A stretch of 63,932 nucleotides of DNA, filler included, from Nitrospinota bacterium (GTDB taxonomy: Bacteria > JAUXIQ01), in NCBI GenBank assembly GCA_030620925.1. It is 13 parts of 13 records of this genome, joined end to end, with 100 filler letters (N's around TTAATTAATTAA, not from the genome) between each part and the next. Parts side by side here need not be neighbours in the genome. Positions count along the whole stretch, not along the records: positions 1 to 11,174 come from JAUXIQ010000029.1; 12 more parts are not named here. One strand, given 5' to 3'. This document shows, piece by piece, positions 1-8,747 of this stretch. The notes under the pieces were generated by a model that was not told the origin of the DNA, ran no database searches, and was given only the letters and a program-made list of their open reading frames with translations. Each line of letters begins with the position of its first letter. The first letter of the stretch is position 1. The position numbers were made by a program, and so were the translations under genes.

Positions 1-144
1 GATACCCATCTGCATCAGGCCGTGGGCCAGGCTGATGGCTCGGTCGTTAAACTGCTTGTAGGTTATCCTCTCTTCGCCGTAGACCATGGCCACTTTTTGC
101 GGCGTGTTTTTTGCGTGCAGTTTAAGCGAATCGCCTACGTTCAT
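1..144 (-). CDS. AMP-binding acyl-CoA synthetase, 5' part (runs off window start)
   Basis: Hand translation MNVGDSLKLHAKNTPQKVAMVYGEERITYKQFNDRAISLAHGLMQMGI matches the N-terminus of fatty-acid-CoA ligases; not in the ORF track. Confidence 0.8.
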   Translation of the reverse strand, partial: MNVGDSLKLHAKNTPQKVAMVYGEERITYKQFNDRAISLAHGLMQMGI

Positions 145-291
145 TCCCCCCCCCCGCCCTCAGCCTCGGGTGGAATGTTACGGGATGTCCCTTTGCGTAT
201 GATTTATGATACACGATGCGGGAGGCGCTATGCAAGATGCCGCGGTTTCTTTTTTCTTAAGAGATGACACGGGGTTTTGGGGGGACCGGTG

Positions 292-1989
292 CTAGATCTC
301 CAGGTAGGAGAGAGCTTTCAATCCCCGTTTCATGGGGATGACCACGGCGGCTATGTTCACTACCACCACCATCCCGTAGGAAATGATTATCTGAGCCATC
401 CCCCATGCTCCCAGCGTTTCCCAGCGTCCGCCGGCGGTTAACAACAGATATGTGGGCCAGGCCTGGAGCACCACCACCGCCGCCACGAAACCCATGCTGG
501 TGATCATGTAGACGATCCCCCCGTAGCTGGTGGTTATTTTGGTGATATTCTCAGCCTTGAACTTCGGATAAACAGCCCCCAGGCCGAGGCCCATAGCCAC
601 TATGCCGAAAGTCATGGCCAGAACGGTGAAAGAGGATAGGTATCTCAGGAAGAGGCTGGCGTGCAGCAGGTGGTTGCTTACTATGATGAGCAGCTGGGAG
701 AGGGCGGCCAGGGGAATGAAAGCTATCCAGAATTTGCTCCATAAGAGGCGTTTCATGTTCAGGGGGGAGCTTTTGAGGAGCCAGAGGTATTCCCCCTCCA
801 GGCTCAACACGGGAAAGACAAACCTGGCGGCGATGGCGGAGATGACGAATCCCGCCAGGCCCATATTGAGGAAGGAGAAGAGGTTCTCCATAAAGAATCT
901 GGCGAAGGGGGCCTGGTCCAGGGGAAGCACGCTGTAGTTATACATGTATACAGCTACCAGGGCCGCCAGCAGTAAAAGCTGCGACCACTGGGCGGTATCC
1001 CGGAAGAAAGCCTTGATGTCTTTGCTCATAATCGCCCGGGTGCTGGTGTGAAAGGGGAGGGTGAAGAAGTTTATGGCGCTTTCCAGGAGCCAGCTTTTGG
1101 ACAGCCTGACACGATGCGATTCCTGAGCTTTTGAAAAACCGTAGAAATAGATTTTTCGGGCTACCAGATTACCGACGGCGAGGAGACCCAGGGCGGTGCT
1201 CACCAGCATGAGGAGGTAGAAACCGCTGTTGCCGGAGCTCCTCTGCGCAAGGGGCGCCAGGGTTTCCGTGGCCCAGTGGCCGGGCATAAACTGTGCTTTG
1301 GGTGCGCGAAAGAGGGACAGGTATTCCACCAGGCTTGAAAACGCATCAGGGTCGACCAGTTTCTCCGGCTGAAGGAATCGGATGAGAAGATAAAGGATTA
1401 TAACCAGAATGATGACCATCAAAAACAGGATGTCCCTTATACGCCTGGCGGGGAACAAGTTAACCAGGAGCATGGTTACGATTACCCCCAGACCGGCCGG
1501 TATCATCAAGAAAGGCCCCATAATCGCCGCCAGGGCCAGGTAGTAAGTCCAGGGTGCGTGCATCACCGTGCCGTAGGAAATGAAAATGGGGAGGGTGAAG
1601 AAGGTCACCATCCAGGAGGATTCCAGCAAGGTGTCGGCATAACGGGTTATGAAAATTCTCTCCAGCGACACGGGAAAGGAGAAGACCAGGGGAAGGTCCT
1701 GGGACAGGTAGAAGGTGGAGAGAGCGGTGATTATGTTGCTGAACAGGAGTACGGAGAAGACGGTCAAAAAGATCATGAACAGCAGCTTTTCCGCCAGCAG
1801 TTCACCGAAGGTGTCCACGCTGCCGAAGTAGCCTATTAGCTTGGAGAAGAGGATATACGAGCCGACCCAGAACACCACGGCCATGGCTATCATCACCACC
1901 AGCTTGAGGACCGCTCTCCGCTCCCTTGCCCGGAGGCTGTTACGGAAAGTCCACCATCTGGGGAGCATTAATAGTTTGCACTGGTTCAT
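292..1989 (-). CDS. ABC-2 type exporter permease
   Basis: 565-aa polytopic membrane protein directly downstream of an ABC ATPase; motifs KDIKAFFRD and SLEG..WLL. Confidence 0.8.
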   Translation of the reverse strand: MNQCKLLMLPRWWTFRNSLRARERRAVLKLVVMIAMAVVFWVGSYILFSKLIGYFGSVDTFGELLAEKLLFMIFLTVFSVLLFSNIITALSTFYLSQDLPLVFSFPVSLERIFITRYADTLLESSWMVTFFTLPIFISYGTVMHAPWTYYLALAAIMGPFLMIPAGLGVIVTMLLVNLFPARRIRDILFLMVIILVIILYLLIRFLQPEKLVDPDAFSSLVEYLSLFRAPKAQFMPGHWATETLAPLAQRSSGNSGFYLLMLVSTALGLLAVGNLVARKIYFYGFSKAQESHRVRLSKSWLLESAINFFTLPFHTSTRAIMSKDIKAFFRDTAQWSQLLLLAALVAVYMYNYSVLPLDQAPFARFFMENLFSFLNMGLAGFVISAIAARFVFPVLSLEGEYLWLLKSSPLNMKRLLWSKFWIAFIPLAALSQLLIIVSNHLLHASLFLRYLSSFTVLAMTFGIVAMGLGLGAVYPKFKAENITKITTSYGGIVYMITSMGFVAAVVVLQAWPTYLLLTAGGRWETLGAWGMAQIIISYGMVVVVNIAAVVIPMKRGLKALSYLEI

Positions 1990-2119
1990 GGCTTGGACTC
2001 GAATTGATCCTTTAAAATCAGGTTGATGAAACCTTTTTGGTGAAAACCCCGCGTTACGCGGGGCTCAGGCTGCTTCCAGGAACTATCAGGCGTATAATCC
2101 TGGCCTGCACCGCTTTTCT

Positions 2120-2878
2120 TCATATCTGCAGGACGCGGATTATCTCTTTCATCTCCTCGCCGCCGGTAAGTTTAAGGAATATGGTCTCCAGACGGTCGTC
2201 CCCCGATACGGCTTCTTGCCGGAGTTCTTCCATGGTGCCCAGGGCGATGATTCCGCCCTCGTTTATGATACAGATGCGGTCTGCCATCTCCTGTGCGACT
2301 TCCATGGTGTGGGTGGACATGAAGATGGTGATGCCCGCTGCGCACATTTTCTTGAAGGCCTCCTTTACCAGGCGGGCGCTTTTGGGGTCCAGCCCCACCA
2401 TGGGTTCGTCCACGACTATTACTTTGGGCTTATGAACGATGGCGGAGGACATGACCAGCTTCTGCTTCATACCGTGGGAATAGCTCTCGATGAGCTCGCC
2501 GCCCCAGTCGGTCAGCTCAAAGAGGTCCAGCAGCTCCTCGATGCGGTGGTCGCAGTCTTCGCCGTCCATGTTATACAGTCCCGCCACGAATTTGAGGAAC
2601 TCTCTGCCGGTGAGCTTCTGGTAAAGAAAAGGTGCGTCGGGGATGTAGCCCAGGGCGCTCTTTGCTTTTTCCGGTTCCACGCTGATGTCGTGGCTGTCGA
2701 TGAACACTTTGCCCTCTGTGGGTTTCAGGATTCCCGCTATCATTTTGATGGTGGTGGTCTTGCCCGCCCCGTTGGGGCCCAGGAAAGCGAAAAGCTCGCC
2801 CCTGGAAACGTGAAGGGAAAGGCCCTTCACCGCCTGGAAGCCGTCGTATGATTTTGAAAGGTTCTCGATCCGTATCAT
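2120..2878 (-). CDS. ABC transporter ATP-binding protein
   Basis: Walker A GPNGAGKTT, signature YSHGMKQ, Walker B VVDEP, H-loop STH. Confidence 0.95.
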   Translation of the reverse strand: MIRIENLSKSYDGFQAVKGLSLHVSRGELFAFLGPNGAGKTTTIKMIAGILKPTEGKVFIDSHDISVEPEKAKSALGYIPDAPFLYQKLTGREFLKFVAGLYNMDGEDCDHRIEELLDLFELTDWGGELIESYSHGMKQKLVMSSAIVHKPKVIVVDEPMVGLDPKSARLVKEAFKKMCAAGITIFMSTHTMEVAQEMADRICIINEGGIIALGTMEELRQEAVSGDDRLETIFLKLTGGEEMKEIIRVLQI

Positions 2879-4359
2879 TTGTATTCCAGCACCTCTATTT
2901 TAAGGTTACCCATGGTTTGGACCAGTTGCACCTGTTTGTCCAGACCCCCTTCAACCAGTTTCAGGTGAGTGGCGTCGGCGGGGAACTGGTTCATCAGCGG
3001 GTCCACGGAGATCCATCCCCCCAGGTATACGTCGGCCCACGCATGATAGTAGAAGCTGCCCTGGTGGTAGACAAGCCCGGTGGAGATGCGGGTGGGAATA
3101 CCCGCGGCGCGGGCCAGGGCGGTGAAAAGTACGGTATGCTCGTTGCAATCCCCCGTCTTTATTTTGAGCACTTCCACTGCGGAGGGGATGCTGAAGGTAT
3201 ACTGTTTTTCCAGGTTGTTGTATACCCAGTTGGAAATTTTTGCCGCGGCTTCCATGGCGCTGGAGCCCTCGCTCACGATCTTGTCCGCAGCGGCGGTTAT
3301 CGAGGGGTGGTCGCTCTGGATCAGGAGAGTGGAAGACAGATAGGGTTTAAATTTCTTGTCGCTGTAGGGCAGCGGATAATCTGTTCTGCCTTGGAGGGCC
3401 TCACGCTTTATCTCCAGCACGTCCCCGGAAAGGCTCTGGCGCTGATCCGTAATATCAAAACTTTTATGGTCTATGCCGCTGAGCTTTACCTTGAGAAAGC
3501 TCGTGCCGCGGGGTTCTTCTATCTTCTTTCTAACCGGAATCGAGGTGGAGACCATTATGTCCGGGGGGGGAACGGTGGTTTTTGCGGCGGCGATGGCTTT
3601 GCCGCGCTCTTCTTTCACCATGAGGAGCCCCATGGGGCTCTCTTCCCTGAGTATCTCTCCCTCCTCGTCCAGCCAGGAGTTGACCACTATCCCCTTGAAT
3701 GTTTCTCTCAATTTGAACGCTTTAGTGGCCCTTCCATCAACTGTGAGCGTTTCGCTGCCCACCACCTCCACTATCATTTCGGCGCTGGAAAGGGTGGAGG
3801 GATCAAAAAGGAAGGTGCGATACTTCTTACCCTCTTCCAGACCGGAGGCGGCTATGAACGGCCGGAGGTTTGTCCAGAGGTAAGGGATGTCTTTCATGTG
3901 CAGGGTGCTCTGGTTCTCCTCCCCGCCGGTTATGACGTTGAGGTGCAGTTCGCGCCCCTGGAGTTTTCCCTGTACCCGAAAATCGACCAGACCTGAAGAT
4001 ATGTGGAAATCGAAGGATTTGAGCGCGAAGCCCTGATCCACGTAAGTGGTGGTGCGCGTTTTTATCTCATGGAGTGTGCCCAGGGTGTTCAGACGCATGA
4101 AAGACCGCTCGGCGATGAGGTAGCCTTCTCCCGCGGGCGTGGTGGAGGTAGTCGTGTAACCGATCTTCTCCCCCCGCATGTAAATCCCGTACCACCGCTC
4201 GCCGGAGACGTTTTCCGCGGGCGGGGCTTCTGCAAGCGCAATGTCGTAAACGCCGGGGAAATAGACGCGCTTTACCAGCAGCGCCCCCATAACCATCCAG
4301 AAACAGATGGCGGCTATACAGAGGGTCGTTAAACGGCTTTTTCCGAAAATGATCTTCAC
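2875..4359 (-). CDS. Membrane-anchored transglutaminase-like protein
   Basis: N-terminal TM segment; Cys-His-Asp motifs GDCNEH, YHAW, SVDP; stop overlaps the ATPase start. Confidence 0.85.
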   Translation of the reverse strand: MKIIFGKSRLTTLCIAAICFWMVMGALLVKRVYFPGVYDIALAEAPPAENVSGERWYGIYMRGEKIGYTTTSTTPAGEGYLIAERSFMRLNTLGTLHEIKTRTTTYVDQGFALKSFDFHISSGLVDFRVQGKLQGRELHLNVITGGEENQSTLHMKDIPYLWTNLRPFIAASGLEEGKKYRTFLFDPSTLSSAEMIVEVVGSETLTVDGRATKAFKLRETFKGIVVNSWLDEEGEILREESPMGLLMVKEERGKAIAAAKTTVPPPDIMVSTSIPVRKKIEEPRGTSFLKVKLSGIDHKSFDITDQRQSLSGDVLEIKREALQGRTDYPLPYSDKKFKPYLSSTLLIQSDHPSITAAADKIVSEGSSAMEAAAKISNWVYNNLEKQYTFSIPSAVEVLKIKTGDCNEHTVLFTALARAAGIPTRISTGLVYHQGSFYYHAWADVYLGGWISVDPLMNQFPADATHLKLVEGGLDKQVQLVQTMGNLKIEVLEYK

Positions 4360-4429
4360 GGCTGTCGCTTTCAGCCGGGCCGACCGGCACCCGGCGGATG
4401 GATGAACCGCTCCGGGGGGGCTTCAAGCA

Positions 4430-4942
4430 TCAGGTGATCCGGGCCCCCAGCACCTTTTCCATGTGTTTCAGGGCGTGCCTGTGCGCTTCTTCGTCGAAAG
4501 AGGCAACGCATCGCGCAGGCACTTCCACGCTGTAATCACGGTTGCGCAGATCGGCCACCGTGTAGTTCACGCATATATCCGTGCACACCCCCACCACGAT
4601 GACTTTTTCCGGCGCGACCTCTTCCAGCACCTGCCCCAGACGGCTGTTGTAAAACGCGCTGAACCGCGTCTTGGGCACTATCTCGCCGGGGAACTGTCTC
4701 AGCTCGTCGATAATCTCCGCCTCCTCTGTGCCTTTCACGCAATGTCTGGGAAACATCTCGAATTCGAGGTCGTCTTCACTGTGATTGTCGCAGACGTAAA
4801 TTATCTTTCTGTCCTTTGAATCAGACAACAGCGACACCACGCGGGGGATAATCTTCCTGGCCTCGTCTCCGCAGTAGAGAGGATACCCTTCCACCAGGAA
4901 ACCTTTCAGCATGTCCACCACGATGAAGGCCTCCCCAGCCAT
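4430..4942 (-). CDS. Isochorismatase/nicotinamidase-family cysteine hydrolase
   Basis: VVDM, DNH, PRHC, KTRFSAF, GVCTDICV. Confidence 0.9.
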   Translation of the reverse strand: MAGEAFIVVDMLKGFLVEGYPLYCGDEARKIIPRVVSLLSDSKDRKIIYVCDNHSEDDLEFEMFPRHCVKGTEEAEIIDELRQFPGEIVPKTRFSAFYNSRLGQVLEEVAPEKVIVVGVCTDICVNYTVADLRNRDYSVEVPARCVASFDEEAHRHALKHMEKVLGARIT

Positions 4943-5079
4943 GATTTATTTCACCTCCTCACATTTATCGGAAAATTTATCGGTAATTATGAGCATTAAC
5001 TCCTATTTTTGGGCATAAAAATACCCGATGAAGGCGCGCCTTCTTAACTAAAATAATACTCCCCCTGTCTTAATCAATA

Positions 5080-5493
5080 CTACTCAGGCAAAGGCTTGAA
5101 CCTGGGGAGGGCTATTTCATCGTTGATATCTTCGAAGACCACCTCAACGGGCATGCCTATACTTACCTTCTCGGGCTCGCACTCTACCACGTTGCTCATC
5201 ATGCGCACCCCTTCCTCTAACTCTATGTAGGCCAGGACGTAGGGCAGTTCATCGCGAAAACCTGCGCCCCTGTTCTGGTAGGTAACCGTAAAAGTATAAA
5301 TTTCGCCCCTGCCGCTGCATTTGACCCATTCCGTGTCGGATGAGAGGCAATTGCCGCAGAGCGCCCTGGGGTAGTAGCGGAGCGTGCCGCAGTCCCTGCA
5401 TTTCTGCATGTACAGCTCGTGCCGCTTGCAGGCCTCCCAGAAGGGTTTGGACTCCTCGTCTATCTGTGGTATCGGTTTCTGGTATCCGCTCAT
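5080..5493 (-). CDS. Zn-ribbon/OB-fold protein (DUF35, ChsH2-C-like)
   Basis: PFWEA, CRDC..CGNC, GEIYTFT, GMPVEVVF; follows a thiolase-like gene. Confidence 0.9.
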   Translation of the reverse strand: MSGYQKPIPQIDEESKPFWEACKRHELYMQKCRDCGTLRYYPRALCGNCLSSDTEWVKCSGRGEIYTFTVTYQNRGAGFRDELPYVLAYIELEEGVRMMSNVVECEPEKVSIGMPVEVVFEDINDEIALPRFKPLPE

Positions 5494-5543
5494 TTCATTT
5501 TCTCCCTGGGATAATTATAAATAAAGGCAGCCGGTGCAGGCGC

Positions 5544-6695
5544 TCATTCGCTGCCCAGGATAAGGGTTACTCCGCTGTGCCTGACGCCCAGCCATCCTCC
5601 CGTGCCGTGAACCAGGGCCAGCCTGGTCTCCTCCACCTGCCGGTTGCCGCATTCTCCCCGCAACTGTTTGGTGGCCTCGATGACCAGGAATATCCCCCGC
5701 ATGCCGGGGTGGTTGTTTGAGAGGCCGCCGCCTTCGGGGTTGATGGGCAGCTCGCCGCCCAACCCTATTCTTCCGTTGAGCACGAATTCGCCGCCCTCGC
5801 CCTTTTCGCAGAACCCCAGGTTCTCCAGCGTGGTGAGGACGGTTATGGTGAACGAATCGTAGATCATGCACATATCTATGTCGGAATGGGCGATTCCGGC
5901 CTGGGCGAAGGCCGTTTCTCCCGACCTTCGGGCGGCGATATCGGTTATATCCTGCGCGCCCATGCCGGTGTGAACGCACGATTCGCCGGCACCCAACACC
6001 CACACCGGCGGTTTTTTGAGGTCCTTCGCCCGTTCGGGTGTGGTCAACACCACTGCGCCGCCGCCGTCAGAGATGATGCAGCAGTCGAGCAGGTGCAGAG
6101 GTGCGGAGATGATGCGCGATTCCAGCACGTCTTCCACGGTTATGGTATCGCGGTACTTGGCCTGGGGATTGGCGGAGGCGTGCCTGCGCATGGTAACCGC
6201 TATTTCCGCAAGCTGCTCGCTGGTGGTGCCGTACTGGTGCATGTGCCTGTGTGCCACCATGGCGTAGGCGCCCACGGTGGTGGGGCCGTAAGGGGATTCG
6301 AATTGTTCCGGGGGCTCGCTGCCCAGGCGCAGGCCGGTGCCGATAGACATGCCCCTGGAGGAGGCGGTGCTGCCGTAGGTGATCAGTGCCACCTCGCACA
6401 ACCCCGCGGCCACCGCCGCGCAGGCGTGGTGGACGTGGGCGTCGAAAGAAGACCCGCCGATGGAGGTGGAATCCAGGAACTTGGGGTTGATGTTGAGGTG
6501 CTCGGCCATGAGTATGGGGGCCATGCCGGAGACACCGGAGGTGAAGTAGCCGTCGACATCGGATATTTTCAGGCCCGCATCCTCCAGCGCGCCGCGTGCG
6601 CTTTCGGCGTGGATTTGAAAAGCTGACTTATCAGGGGCCCACCGCGTCGGATGCTCGTAAACCCCGGCGATGGCCGCTTTTTTATACAGGTTCAT
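5544..6695 (-). CDS. SCP2/Ltp2-type thiolase-fold protein
   Basis: LDCCIISDGGGA, IYDSFT, NPEGGGLS..HPG; the catalytic Cys region reads IGGSS. Confidence 0.85.
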   Translation of the reverse strand: MNLYKKAAIAGVYEHPTRWAPDKSAFQIHAESARGALEDAGLKISDVDGYFTSGVSGMAPILMAEHLNINPKFLDSTSIGGSSFDAHVHHACAAVAAGLCEVALITYGSTASSRGMSIGTGLRLGSEPPEQFESPYGPTTVGAYAMVAHRHMHQYGTTSEQLAEIAVTMRRHASANPQAKYRDTITVEDVLESRIISAPLHLLDCCIISDGGGAVVLTTPERAKDLKKPPVWVLGAGESCVHTGMGAQDITDIAARRSGETAFAQAGIAHSDIDMCMIYDSFTITVLTTLENLGFCEKGEGGEFVLNGRIGLGGELPINPEGGGLSNNHPGMRGIFLVIEATKQLRGECGNRQVEETRLALVHGTGGWLGVRHSGVTLILGSE

Positions 6696-6753
6696 GCGTT
6701 TCTCCTCGTGGTTCCGCCTCTGTTCATGTGTGCGAACGGTTGAGTAAAGTGAG

Positions 6754-7560
6754 CTAAGACAGCGAGTCCAGGAATTCGACCACCGCTTTATCGAATTGCT
6801 CCTGTTTCTCGGAGGCCACCGCGTGCCCTGCGTCTTCTATGCGCACCAGTTTCGCTCCCGGGATGTTCTTTTCCGTGTATTCCGAGTATTTCAAGGGGGT
6901 GGCCAGGTCTTCCTCGCCGCAAATGATCAGGGCGGGGAGGTTTATGCCCGGCAGGTCGCTCATCCTGTTGAAAGCGTCGCAGGCCAGGAAATCGTAATAC
7001 CTTATGCGGGGGTCGGTCTTGGCGCTCTCTATCCATCCTTCCCGAACGATTTCCATGGACGTCTTCTGCGAGTAAGACCATCGATCGTACTGGACCGGTT
7101 CCTTGCCTTCCATCACCCGCTTCATCTGCTCCAGTCGTTCCGGCAGAACCTTCAGCTTGGCCCCGGTGCCCACCAGGATGATACCTTTAAGCTTCTCCGG
7201 ACGGGTGATGGCGTATTCGATGGTTATTGCCCCGCCCATGGAATGGCCCAGGATCACAAAGGGGCTCAAATTCAGGGCGTCTACGAATTTGTCCAGGAAA
7301 GTGCAGTAGTCGGTGATTGTCCTGGGGCTCTCCAGCCCGCCTGAGCGGCCGTGAGCGGGTAGATCGATGGACAAAGGGCTGTGTTTCTGACCGATGGCTT
7401 CCAGATGTTTTGAAAATGGGTGGCCGTTCCCCCCTGCACCGTGGCACGTGAGGAGGCGCTGCCCTTGGCTTAAATCGGGGAGGACGTCGGGCAGGATGGT
7501 CTGCCCGGCATGGAAATAGTTGATGGCCACATCATCGATATAGACATATTTTGAAGGCAT
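6754..7560 (-). CDS. Alpha/beta hydrolase
   Basis: HGAGG, DLPAHGRS, GHSMGG nucleophile elbow, DAGH. Confidence 0.9.
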   Translation of the reverse strand: MPSKYVYIDDVAINYFHAGQTILPDVLPDLSQGQRLLTCHGAGGNGHPFSKHLEAIGQKHSPLSIDLPAHGRSGGLESPRTITDYCTFLDKFVDALNLSPFVILGHSMGGAITIEYAITRPEKLKGIILVGTGAKLKVLPERLEQMKRVMEGKEPVQYDRWSYSQKTSMEIVREGWIESAKTDPRIRYYDFLACDAFNRMSDLPGINLPALIICGEEDLATPLKYSEYTEKNIPGAKLVRIEDAGHAVASEKQEQFDKAVVEFLDSLS

Positions 7561-7970
7561 CGTTTCTCCTCTGCAAAAGTATTAGCTGTCTTGACGAAAA
7601 GGAAGCGGAAACCTCATGGATTTTAACGTTCGACAAAACCCTCAAAATTTCCCGTGCCCTGACGGAGAATAGTCTCCTCGCTTCGAGCAAACTGATTTTA
7701 GCATACTTGCCCCTTTATATAGTTATTTAAAACAAAAAGGGGGACAAATTTCCTTTTCCCCTCATACTTACCGATGGTAGACTGCACGATGGTAAACGGA
7801 CGGATTATGCCCTGTCTGCCGGTGGACGTGCCGGAGCGCTTTGAAAACATGAACACCTCTCGGGTTTTCCCAAGATAAACGTTCCGCCGCAAGTGGCTTA
7901 CCGCCCCCCCGTGGGAACGCCTTCCAGGCGCGAGGAAGGAAAGGTACAAAAAGGTGCAAAATTAAAAACC

Positions 7971-8012
7971 GTAGAGACAATTCATGTCCCGCCTGCCGCG
8001 GGATGTCTCTAC
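7971..8012. repeat. GTAG-type REP palindrome GTAGAGACA...TGTCTCTAC with a nested CCCGC-N5-GCGGG hairpin
   Basis: Perfect 9-bp outer arms; inner tcccgc-ctgcc-gcggga at 7987-8003. Confidence 0.7.
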
Positions 8013-8099
8013 AAATTCTTAGGCCTTAAGTAAAACTTTTTTAGCAAGGGCAAGGTGCACCGCGCCCTTACTTTACAAATATCGGGAGACCGGACTGCG

Positions 8100-8729
8100 A
8101 TGAAGAGGAAAATGAAGAAACACAATGTCTACTTCGATCTGCTGGAGGCGATGGGTGCGAGTGGGTGCCCCATCTGCTCTCTCACCCGGCGGGCCTCGGC
8201 GCGATACCTGGCTGCCATCCTGAACGAAGGGGTGAACGATCCTCCGCTGCGAAGGAAACTGAGCGATTCCCTGGGCTTCTGCAACGCCCACGCCTGGGAG
8301 CTGCGGGATATCGGCGACAGCCTGGCGACGGCCATCATCTACAAGGACCTTGTTGATCTGTTGGCGGATAGACTGGAAAGCGGGCTTGAAGTAAGCGGGA
8401 AGTGCCCCGCCTGCGTTTCAACCGAGACTGCGGAGAAAGAATACCTGGCGTCCTTTAACAAGTTCATTAAAGAAAAGGAGTTCATGGATAGATACGATAC
8501 TTCCTGCGGGCTGTGCCACCAGCACCTTGCCGCTGTTTTGAAGATTGTCAAAGATGAGAGAAGCGCCGGGATTATCAAGGAGAAAGAAACAGGCAAGCTG
8601 AAAGAACTTTCCGGTCAACTGGCGGAATATATAAGGAAGAAGGACTACAGAAACGCCCACGAAAGCCCCGGCGAGGAGCGGGATTCCTGGATTCGGGCGG
8701 TGGAGAAGGTCTCCGGCGGGCGGCGTTAG
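8100..8729 (+). CDS. DUF6062-like putative Zn-binding protein
   Basis: Internally repeated CPxC...CxxH motifs (CPIC/FCNAH, CPAC/LCHQH); C-terminal KDYR..E.DSW; start codon uncertain. Confidence 0.7.
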   Translation: MKRKMKKHNVYFDLLEAMGASGCPICSLTRRASARYLAAILNEGVNDPPLRRKLSDSLGFCNAHAWELRDIGDSLATAIIYKDLVDLLADRLESGLEVSGKCPACVSTETAEKEYLASFNKFIKEKEFMDRYDTSCGLCHQHLAAVLKIVKDERSAGIIKEKETGKLKELSGQLAEYIRKKDYRNAHESPGEERDSWIRAVEKVSGGRR

Positions 8730-8747
8730 TTCAGCTCTGCCCCGTTC

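Noticed and set aside
7600-7970. Possible riboswitch or small gene in the long divergent intergenic region
   Set aside because: No recognisable aptamer consensus; the short ORFs lack RBS or motif support
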